A DNA stretch of 60,000 nt from Mobula hypostoma (taxonomy: Eukaryota): the NCBI RefSeq assembly GCF_963921235.1, contig NC_086107.1:96536001-96596000 (forward strand). Direction: 5' to 3'. Each line of letters opens with the position of its first letter. The stretch's first letter is position 1. Below are positions 49,806 through 60,000 of this stretch, in pieces. The notes under the pieces are model-generated. The model saw only the letters and a list, made by a program, of their open reading frames with translations. It was not told the DNA's origin and ran no database searches. Made by a program: the position numbers and the translations under genes.

Positions 49806-49989
49806 AAGGAGGTATAGGAGCCTGAAGACCCACACTCAATACTTTAGGAATAGTTTCTTCCCATGTCATCAGATTTCTAAACGACCTCTGAACACTGTTC
49901 TTTTGCACTATTTATTAATTTGTTGTGACATATTATTTTTTAATGTACTGTAATGCTGGCACAGAACAACAAATTTCATGATGTATAGT

Positions 49990-50340
49990 AGTGATGTTGC
50001 TGGGACCTGAGGACCTTTGCTATAGACTAAGAGTGAACAGGTTAGGACTTCATTCCCTCCAGTGCAGGAGAATGAAGATATGCAAAATGATGAGGGGTAT
50101 AAATAGAGTAAATGCAAGCAGGCCTTTCCCACTGAGATTGGGTGAGAGTAGAACTAGAGGTCATGGGTTAAGGGTGAAAGGTGAAATGTTTAATGGGAAT
50201 ATGAGGAGCTTCTTCACAGAGGGTAGTGAGAGATTTTAGCAAGCTGCCAGCGGAGGTGGTGGATGCACTTAATGGAAGCTTAGGTAAGTACATGGACAGT
50301 AGGAGTATAGACGGCTATGATTCAGGTGCAGGCAGATCTA
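49990..50340 (+). mobile_element. CR1 3' fragment
   Basis: KMMRGINRVNASRPFPLRLGESRTRGH. Confidence 0.75.
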
Positions 50341-50449
50341 GAACTCTATAATAAACTTGATTCTGATTCTCAAATTTACTTCTTGCAGTATAAAGAACAA
50401 GCTTGCAGAGGTAGTGGTTGAGGATATTAATCCTGAATTCTGATTCTAG

Positions 50450-53400
50450 TATTTGACATTTCCACTCTGGGAATAGATTTTTGACTACCTATCTAAGCCT
50501 CTCATATTTTGTATAGTCAACTGGGTCACGTCCTATCCTCCGATATTCCAGAGAAAACAACCTAAGTTTGTCCAACCTCTCCTTAAAACTAATACTTTTT
50601 AAACCAGGCAACATCTTAGTGAACCTCTTCTGCATCCGCTTCAAAGCCCCCACGTCCTTCCTGTAATGTCACAGTTAGAATCATAGTCAATACTCCAAAT
50701 GCAGCCTAACCAAACTTTTAAGTAATTGAAACAAGGCTTCCTGGACTCTCCAGGAGGCGCTCATGGCGTGAGGTACATTTTGGCTTTGCTCCACTCCCTT
50801 TATTTCTTTTACCCGTAACCACCCTAATTTATTCTGTTTATACCTACACTAAAGGGTTTATACCAAAGTTATATTTTTGAACTTTGATTTTAACTCGCTG
50901 GAAATGCTTACCAGAGGACGAGAAGTTAAAAACGGGAAAGACTCCGATGGCAACAGAAGAAAACAAGATGGTGATCCTAAATCATCTAAATCCATTAACT
51001 TTTGAAACAATGTCGACGCTTCTAGAGGGAAAACTTAACCAAAGATTCTCCGTGTTTGAAGGAGTTTTAAAGACGGCTGAAGGTAGCATTAAATCATTTA
51101 GATGTGAAATTGAACAACAACAAGCAAGAATTTCAGAACTGGAAGCCGCTCAGCAGAGAGACCAAAGGATTGAAACCTTGGGAAAAAATCTATCTTCGAC
51201 ATCTCAACTGTTGGATCGTTATAAATCCAAGGTTATCGACCTCGAAAATTGATCCCGGGTACAGAATCTGCGGATAATCGTCCTTCCCGAAGACGTTGAG
51301 AAGGGTGATCCTACTGAATACTTTTCTCAATTTTTAATAGATGTGTTTGGTTCAGAAGTGCTGGATGCCCCTCCATTGTTCAATCCCGCGCACCATACTC
51401 TCCGGGCCAAACCTCCCAGAGAATCCAAACCAAGATCCGTGATAATTCGGTTCCATTATGCTCACATCAAGGGTCATCTGATACGAGCTGCCCAGCAGAA
51501 AGGTATGATCGAATTTTAAAGTTTCAAATTTTGCCTCGTCAAGGATTTCAGTCCTGAAGTTCTAAGGGAACGGATATCTTTTAAACCACAGATGTCCGAA
51601 TTTTATCGAAAGGGCCTTAAACCAGCTTTGCTGTTTCCAGCGCGTTTCAGAATCGTTCTTGCCGATAGCTCTTGTCGTCTGTTTAATTCTCCAAGCGAAG
51701 CTCAAAGACTTGACGATCAGCGTTCCTCTGCTACAGACTAATTAATGTACTGGTTTTTTTAAATCTTTGTTCTTATTTGCTTTTTTTTAAAAAAGCTAAT
51801 AACTAGTTTACAGATCTAGACTTTTATAATTTGAGGGCTTTCGCCTTTGGTTTGTAGTGCAGGTATTTTTCCTATTTCTAGATAAAAGTTTTCTTTTTCT
51901 TTTAGTGATTCTGTTTGTTTTACTTTTAATCTTTTTGCTTCTGAAAGTAATTAAGTAGTAGATTTGGTGTTTGATTTTTCTTTCTTTGAAACTTTATTGG
52001 GGAAGTATTTGGCTTTTTTAAAAACATCTTAAGATGGCGCCTCACTTTCTTCTTCCCCATGACCTTATTTTTTTTTGGTGCGTTATTTTCAATCATTTGT
52101 GTTTGAAAAGAACTAACAATATGAATTGGCACTTTTTTTTTTGAAATATTAGTAAGATGATGCTCTATGTTTGCAATTGTTGTAGTTTTTTTTACATTTA
52201 TGGTAATCTCTTTTTTACTTTTTTGACTATAGGTGTTTTTTTAAAAAAAAATTATCTTTTGGGTTGCCTTCTGGAGAGATGGGGTTAGATTTAGCATTAG
52301 ATTATTCCTTGGCTGTCCTTTGGCTTTTTTTCCTGGCTTTTGTGGGTGGGGGGGGAAGGGGGTACTTCTATTTTTATTTTTGGTTTAGATTTTTTGAAAT
52401 GGGTTGACTTGAAACTACTAAAATGTCCAAAATGTCGTAACTTCCGGTTCCTCATGGAACCTTTCTTCCTCTTCCAGGTTCATGAGTTTGCATTCTGGTT
52501 AACCCTTTATGTACCATATGCTCGATTCCAGTTCTATGGATAATATTATTCATTTTGCTTTTTGGAATACAAACGGTTTAAACCATCCGATTAAATGATA
52601 AAATTTTTTTTAAAGTATTCCATAGAACGAATGATCATATCATCTTTGCACAAGAAACTCACGTGAGGAAAGAGGATAATCAGCGTTTTTTTTAGGTTTT
52701 CACATGCAATACCATTCGAATTCTCAGGCCAAAGTGAAAGGTGTTTCTATTTTTATAGATTCTTCAATCTCATTTGTTCAATATGAAACAATTTCAGATC
52801 CGAATGGTAGATTTTTGTTAATTACTGGCTTGTTCTTTAACGAAAAAATTGATATGGTTAATGTTTGTGCTCCAAATATTGATTATCCTGAATTTTTAAG
52901 CATCTGTTTACATCCCTTCCTAATTTAAATGATCATATGTTGATAATGGGTAGAGATTTTAACTGTTGTTTAAATCCCTCAATGGATAGATCTATGTCTA
53001 ATCAGGCACTCCCGAACAAATCGGCTACTCTTATCAACTCTTTTATGGTTGATTCTGGAGTTTCAGAAATTTGGAGATTTTTACACCCCAAGGATAAAGA
53101 GTTTTCATTCTTTTCTCATGTATATCATAATTATTCTAGAATTGATTACTTCCTTATTGATTCTTGTTTAATTCCATTTGTTATTGACTGCAACTATGAT
53201 CCCTTTGCCATTTCCGATCATGCACCCTTGAAACTATCTATTAAGTTAATGGATACATATTCTAGTGCTAGACAAAGGCAGTTCAATTCCAATCTGCTTC
53301 AGGACTCGGACTTTGTTAATTTTATTAAGGAACAGATTGACTTTTTCTTTTCAACAAATTTTACAGAAGAAATTTCCAGCGGGGTATTATGGGACACTTT

Positions 53401-54490
53401 TAAAGCATATATCCGTGGGCAAATTATTTCATATTCTGCTGGACTGAAATAAGGCTTCCTGACTTTTATAACTAACATCCAATCAGTGAAAACAATTATG
53501 TTGAATGTCTTCTTTACAATTCTATTTACTTGTGATATCACTTTTGGGGAGTTATGGACCTGCAGCCCAAGATCCCTCTGAACATCAAGGGTCCTGCTAT
53601 TCAATGCACATTTTCCCTTTGCATTTGACCTCCCAAAGTACAATACCTCGCATCTGTTGAGATTGAATTCTATCTGCCACATCTCTGCCCTCAATTCTAA
53701 ATGGTCCTTTGACAACCTTCATTATCCACAACTCCACCAATCTTTGTGTCATCTGAAAACTTACTGATCTGCCCACCTGCGTTTTTTTTTTGTCCAAAAT
53801 ATCACAAACAAGGGTTCTAGCACAGATCCTTGCAGAATACTACCAGTCACAGACCTGCAGTCCAAATAATGCCCACGTACCGTTAATCTGCCTAACAGGG
53901 AATTGTGGCTAAAGAGGCTATCAGTATTTCTGTCAAGACTCTAGCAATCTCTTCTCTCATCTCCCTCAATAGCCTGGGATAGATCTTATTAGGCCCTGAG
54001 GACTTGTCCTTCTTAACGTTCAAGAGCCTCAATGCTGCCTGATTGATTCTTGTTATACATTAACATAGTACTATTCTGATTTCACTATCTTCAATGCCCA
54101 TCTCTGTGGTGAATACTAACGCAAAGTACTGGTTTAATACCTCACTTATTTCCACTGGTTTCCAGACATAAATTCCCTTTTTTATCCTTGAGTAGTACTA
54201 CCCTCTACCCAGTTACCCTTGTTTCTTATATGTATATATAAAATGCCTTGGGACTTTCTTTAACCCTACTCTCCAAAAAGACATTCCATGGTCCCTTTTA
54301 GCTCTCTTGATTTCTGTTTGTTTTCCCCGATTTTCACTTTCCTCAAAGGCCCTGTCGCATTTCAGCTTTCTAAACCTTCAATATGTTTGCTCTTCCTTTT
54401 TAAATTAACCTGCAATATCTCAAGACATTCAAGGTTCCTGAACTTTGCCACTCATTCTTTCTTCCTCACAGAAACCTGTTGGACTTGAAC
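50450..54490 (-). mobile_element. Old CR1 LINE split by an L1 insertion
   Basis: WQIEFN..RCEVLYFGRSN, VQRDLGLQVH; sequence is continuous across the L1 TSD. Confidence 0.75.
50744..53444 (+). mobile_element. L1 LINE 5' half (5'UTR, ORF1, long T-rich spacer, ORF2 endonuclease), 3'-truncated
   Basis: ORF1 DLEN*SRVQNLRIIVLPE...VIIRFH...DFSPEV...LLFPARF; ORF2 from ~52536 WNTNGLNHP, QETH, DFNC, SRIDYFL, SDHAP; 17-bp TSD tgaaa(c/t)aaggcttcctg. Confidence 0.9.
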
Positions 54491-54779
54491 CAACAAGCCC
54501 TTAAATAGCTCCCAGATTGTGAAAGGCTTTATAAAAATTAAACCAGATATCTAAATGCATGCTGTGTCATCTAAGAAATGGATATATTAATGGCACATAT
54601 TAGTCATCAAATAATACCATCTGTTTTCTGTTTGCCATGACAGAAACATGGCAGACACTGTGACCAAAATTGGGAACTAAATGTCTCAGGATATTTAAAA
54701 TTTAGAAAGAACAAGCAAAAATGAAATAATGGTAAGGGTGCTATTATTAACAAAGGCTGACATCAGTCTAGTAGTTGGA

Positions 54780-54960
54780 ACACATACAAAATGAAGGATA
54801 CATATACAAATACAGGATTCCTGAGTCCTGATGAAGGGTCTCAGCCCAAAGCATTGACTGTTTATCCCTCTCCACAGATGTTACCTGACCAGTTAAGTGC
54901 CTCCAGCATTTTGTGTGTGTTGTTCTGGATTTCTAGCATCTGCAGAATTGCTTGTGTTTA
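54780..54960 (+). mobile_element. PLE pLTR fragment
   Basis: agtcctgatgaagggtctcagcccaaagcattgactg plus the shared tail. Confidence 0.72.
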
Positions 54961-55589
54961 GTACAGTCGTTGGTTTGGTAGATCACAGGAAAGAATTAGA
55001 ATTAAAGGTTGGGTGCAGCCATGAAGCAGCAAAGAACCTCTTCATAGTGTTCAACATGAGAATAGGTTTAACCCGGCAAATGAAGGCATTGGCAAATTGC
55101 TTGGGCCTCTGTTTAAGGCCTCTCAGGTGATCCTGGTGTGGGATGGAGTTGGGTTCAGAAAACTGCAAGCTATTGAAGAGGTGGAAAGCATCAGAGGCCT
55201 TACAGATGGGAGTACAACCTGACTGGAGAGAACGGATGAAGTTAAGGTTGGAAAATACAAAATCTCTGAAGCAAGAAAAGGTTGAAACGATGCATTTGAG
55301 TGGACTATCCTGCTTGTGAATCTTGGGCAGAGTTGGGAGACCCTATGACAGGAACTGTGGAATGACACATTAGATTTTCTGGGAGACAATGACCCAAAGT
55401 GCAGTGATGGGGACAAGATGCAGAAGGAAAATACGAGTCAGTATCCAAAAGCTGGCATTTGGATTCTAAGATAAGAGGTCAGTTCATGCAAGCACTACAG
55501 CACTACCTTTGCTTACGAGTTTAAATGATGATTAGGTCAGAGGACAAATTCCACCCAATGCCCATTATCCAGAGAGAAGAGGTCCTATG

Positions 55590-58355
55590 CAGTGAGTACA
55601 GAGTTAGGAAAGAGCTGTTATCTCTGGATTACTCTCTGTGCCATGGGTTAGTGAAGGTAGGAATGGGGTGATAGCACAGATGAATGAGTGGTTGCAGAGA
55701 TGGTGCATGGAACAGGGTTTTAAGTTCTTGGAAAACTGGAAACTTTTACGGAGAAGGGGTAACCTGTACAGGAGGGACGGGTTGCACCTGAACTGGAGAG
55801 GAACCAATGTCCTTGCTGGGAGGTTTGCTGATGCTACTCTGGAAAGTTTAAACTAATTTTGCAGGGGCTGGGAACCAGAGTCCCAGATCAGTAAGGAAAG
55901 GATCAGACCAGCAGGTAGATGCCAGGGAAAAGTATAGAAAGGCAAAATCAAAATAACAGGTATGATGGATCAGATGGTTTGAAGTATATATATTTTAATG
56001 CTAGGAGTATTCTGGGTAAGGGTGATAAACTTAAGAGCATGGATCAGTATATGGAACTACTCAGGGAGACATAATGGAGGGGTGTTTAGGGTCAGACACT
56101 GAGTCTACTTGGGTAGAACTCAGGAATAGGAAGGGTGCAATCACACTGCTGGGATCGTATTATAGACCACCCCCCACCCCCCCCCCCCAAAGGGCATCAC
56201 GACGTTGAGGAACAGAAATGTGTAAAAATAATAGTGTTGTTGTCATTGGGGATTTCAGCTTCCTCAATATAAACTGGGACCTTTTTAGTGTAAGCAGTTT
56301 AGATGGAGGATGAATCTGTTAAATGTATCCAGAAAGGTTATTTAAATCAATATGTGGACGGTCCAACAAGAGGAGGGGCTATACTGGACCTGGTGTTGGG
56401 CAATGAGCCCGTCCAGGTGACTGACCTTTCAGTGGGCAAACAGTGAGGGAACACTGACCACAACTCCTTAACTTTCAGGATAGCTATAGATAAGAATAGA
56501 TATGGTCCTTCTGGGAGAGTTTTAAATTGGAGTAGGGTAAATTTTGAGGGCATTAGGCAAGAACTAAGAAACATTATTTGGGAAAACCTTTTTTCTGGTA
56601 AGTCCACATCAGACATGTGGAGGGTGTTTAGAGATGAATTGCACATAGTAAAGGCAATGTATGTTCTGTTAGAAGGAAGCACAGGGATGGAAACATAAGA
56701 GATCCTTGAATGTTCAGAGAGGTGATGAATTTAGTCAAGAAGGAAGAGGAAAAGTATGTAAATCTTTGGAAGTTGGGATCAAATGAAGCACATGAGTATA
56801 AAAAAGCCTGAAAAGAACCAGAGGGAATTAGGAAAGCTAGGAGGGGCCATGACAAGTAGGATTAAGGTGAATCCCAAGGCATTCTATACATGCATCTAGA
56901 GCAAGAGGATAACTAGGGAGAGGGTGGGACCAATCAAGGATAAAGGCGGGAACATTTGCTTGGATGCTGAGAATGTGAGTGAGGTACTTAATGAGTACTT
57001 TGCTTCAGTATTTACCAAGGAAAAGGATATGGAGGACTAGGGTGTCAGTGCTGAATGCATAAATACGTTAAAATCATTTAGAGATCAAGGAGGAGGAAGT
57101 GTTGACTCTCCTAAGGAGTACAAAGGTGGACAAGTCCCCAAGGCCTGATGGGATTTACCCCAGGTTATTAAAGAAGGCAAGAGACAAGATTGTTAGGGCC
57201 TTGACCAGTATCTTCATGCCATCTCTTGGCACAGGTTCCTGGGAACTATAGAATAGTGAGTCTCACATCAGTTGTAGGGAAATTTCTGGAGAAAATTCTT
57301 AGGGATAGGATATATGGACATTTGGAAACACATGGCCTAATTAAGGACAGCCCGCATAGCAGGTCCTGCCTTACCAACTTGATTTGAGTTTTTTGACAAG
57401 GTGACTAGAGAGATTGATGAGGCAGTGGATGTTGGCTACGTGGATTTTAGTAAGGTGTTTGATGAAAATATAGATGGGTGGGTTAGTAAATTTGCAGATG
57501 ATACCGAGATTGGTGGAGTTGTGGATAGTGTAGAAGATTGGTAAAGAATACAGCACAATATAAATCCGTTGCAGATATGGGCTGGGAGATGGCAGATGGA
57601 GTTTAACGCAGATAAATGTGAGGTGTTGCACCTTGGCAGGGCAAATGCAAGGAGACAGTACACTGAAGCACAAGATCTTAAACAGTGTTGTGAGCAAACA
57701 CAGTTCCTTGAAAGTGGCTACACAAGTCGATAAGGTGGTTAAGAAAGCTTATGGAATGCTGGCTTTTATTAGTCGAGGCAATGAATTTGATAATCAGGAG
57801 GTTATGTCACAACTTAATAAAACTCTGGTTAGGCCATATCTGGAGTATTGCATGCTGTTCTGGTTGCCCCACTACAGTAAGGATGTTGAGGCTTTAGAAA
57901 GGGTGCAGGGGTTTACCAGGAAGCTACCTGAGAGTGCATATGCTATCTTGAGGGGCTGGATAAACTTGGGTTGTTTTCTCTGGAGCGCCGGAAGCTGAGG
58001 GGAGATCTGATAGAGGTTTACAAGATTATGAGAGGCATAGATAGAGTGGACAGAGAGTTCTGTTTCCTAGCTTTGAAATGTCTAATACCGAGGGCATGCA
58101 TTGAAGGTGAGAGAGGATAGCTTCAAGTCAGATGTGAGGGGCAAGTTCTTTACTCAGAGAGTGTGGATGCCTGGTATGGTAGTAGAGGCAAATACAATAA
58201 AGGCTTTTAAGAGACGTTTGGATAGGCAACATAGATGTAAGGATGGTGGAGGGATATGGGCATGGTGTAGCTAAGTGTTTGGGCATTTTTGATTTGCACT
58301 TTAGCTGGGTCAGCACAACATTGTGGGCCAGTTCCTGTGCTGTACTGTTGTGTGT
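55590..58355 (+). mobile_element. CR1 LINE (ORF1 esterase end + degenerate ORF2)
   Basis: MNEWLQRWC..QGFKFL..W...YRRDGLHLNWRGTNVLAG; APE and RT motifs; CR1 tail. Confidence 0.88.
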
Positions 58356-58729
58356 TAACCCATATCACAATGAGATTTAATGACTTTACTACCAAATCTC
58401 CCTTAATCAACATTCTGAAGGAACCACCATAAATTCCTCCCAAAACCAGAGGAAATTATTTACTAAGCATATCATCAGTGTTAGAATACCCTCCTCATGC
58501 CTGTATTCTCAAGCAGCTCAATACTATCCAGAAGGAAGCAATTTGACCAATCCACTATGCTAAACATTCATACCCTCTACTATCACATTTTGGGAGCTTA
58601 CCTCATTAATAATAGTAGCCCAGCTACAACTACTGGAAGGACAATGTGTAGCAGGGAGATGGGCATGTTTAGCACCAGTCCAGTTATGTTTCAAAAATTA
58701 AAAAACTAAGTGTCGAACATTTGTAGTAA

Positions 58730-59520
58730 AAACAGAAAATGTCAGAAAAACTCAGGTGTAGAATAGTAGAAATGTTTCCAGTTCATAAGCCTTCATCAGA
58801 ACCGATACAAGTTTGTCTCTGCAATAGATAAATCCAGAGAGGACTGACGATTAGAACAAATTTTTCTGATCAGATGAAATAACAGGGATAGCTAAGATTA
58901 AGCTCCTTCGCCTGTGAGATGTGTTGCTAAAGTCACCTAGCCTGACTGTACAAAACAAACTGAAAAGGACACAGGCAAAACTACCCATTTCTCATGTAAA
59001 CTGAGAGAGCCAGTTGTCTGAAGTTAAAAAATTTGATAGTAAATCCCTAAGAATGCAATGTGCCTAGAGACACAACAAAATGTTTATTGAGCTTGTGTTG
59101 GTACTTACGGTAATTGTGCAGGAGGCCACAGACAGGAAGGTCAGAGTCAGTGAGATGGGGCAGGCAACGGAAGCTCAGATGGAGCACAGGTTCTCCTCAA
59201 ACAACCCGCTCTGTGTTCAGTTTCTCCAAATTAAAGGAGACCACTTTATGACTCTGCATGTATTAAACTATGCAGGGAGATGTGTAAATGAACCACTGCT
59301 TCACCCGGAGCAGGAGTTCCCAACCTGGGGTTCATGGATCCCTCAATTAACGGTAAAGCTCCATGGTATAAGAAAGGTTGGGAACCTCCAGCCTAGAGGG
59401 ACTATTTAGGTCCTTGGAATGAAGAAAAAACAGGTTTCTGTTGTTACACAGCAAAGTGCCATACAATACACAGTGGAAAGATGAGGATGAAGAGTGGATG
59501 AGGGCACTGTGGAGTAATTA
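58730..59520 (-). mobile_element. Old Penelope-like fragment with a nested hAT MITE (59310-59390)
   Basis: Degenerate pLTR (ctgatgaagg...gaaacatt on -) and GIY-YIG-like remnants; MITE TIRs caggagttcccaacc / ggttgggaacctcc. Confidence 0.55.
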
Positions 59521-60000
59521 ATTTAAATTTCAGAAAGAGGAGGGCAGCGGAATAGGTGTCTGGTAATGGAATTTTTGTTTTTACATGTTACTGATCCTTC
59601 ATTCCAGTTAAATGAAAGCCTGGAATTCGGGAGTTCATTGTCACAAATTCCAGGCGCAATGCTCTGGACTCATCAGCACGTCCACATCCAGTGAGCAAAT
59701 AAAACATTTTGAGCATCATGGAGTCGCAGAACAGTACAGCACAGAAACAGACCCTTCAGCCCATCTAGCCATTGCCGAACTACTTACAACACCTACTCCT
59801 ATTGACCTGCATGCTCAGGCCAAATTCTGGAATTCTGCTTCTACGTCTTTCCATTCCACTCTCCTTGATGATGTTTCTTAAATTTTATACCCAAGTTCAA
59901 GCTGCTGCTCTCAATTCCAGACAGCTTCAACAGCCAGGAGGAAAAAGAACCTGTAAAACTACCTTAGACTGTATCTTGTTTTTCTCTATCTCAACTTGCA

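Larger units (their letters stand above)
48135..49990 (+). mobile_element. Rex1/Babar LINE RT region with nested Tx1 and PLE insertions
   Basis: VMKCFDRYVM..I; FADDATVVG; IIKNPHHPGHGLF.LPPSG. Confidence 0.82.

Noticed and set aside
52031..52042. aagatggcgcc start/YY1-like motif as the gene start
   Set aside because: Wrong strand, and it lies inside the L1 inter-ORF spacer
1..60000. CRISPR arrays, prokaryotic operons, or further host genes among the listed ORFs
   Set aside because: No regularly spaced repeat-spacer array; the remaining ORFs are transposon fragments, their antisense frames, or short chance ORFs

Overview
Vertebrate genomic DNA, most likely a cartilaginous fish (ray/skate type, inferred from the HE1-like V-SINE, the CR1, Rex/Babar and L1/Tx1 LINEs and the Penelope-like repeats). 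One protein-coding gene is recognisable on the minus strand: a WBP2-family GRAM/PPxY gene best matching WBP2NL. Seven coding exons (2-8: 32839-32731, 22409-22274, 18928-18836, 10529-10278, 7345-7247, 6674-6598, 5924-5877) have GT-AG boundaries and splice in frame to 270 aa plus stop. Exon 1 was not found and probably lies beyond position 60000. A repeat-poor ~4.2 kb candidate 3'UTR follows. The introns are packed with nested transposons: CR1, Rex/Babar, L1, Tx1, Tc1, Tigger, hAT-Charlie, solo LTRs, SINEs and many Penelope-like (PLE) pieces. Notable items: minimal type I hammerhead ribozyme motifs in the PLE pseudo-LTRs, with intact copies in the sense direction of the host pre-mRNA; fold-back PLE insertions with 14-bp TSDs; a 3'-truncated but TSD-flanked L1; a twin-primed L1; an (ANGPYA)n coding repeat in WBP2NL; and an unclassified ~140-bp palindromic element present twice. 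All calls were made by eye with no database searches, and repeat boundaries without a TSD are approximate.
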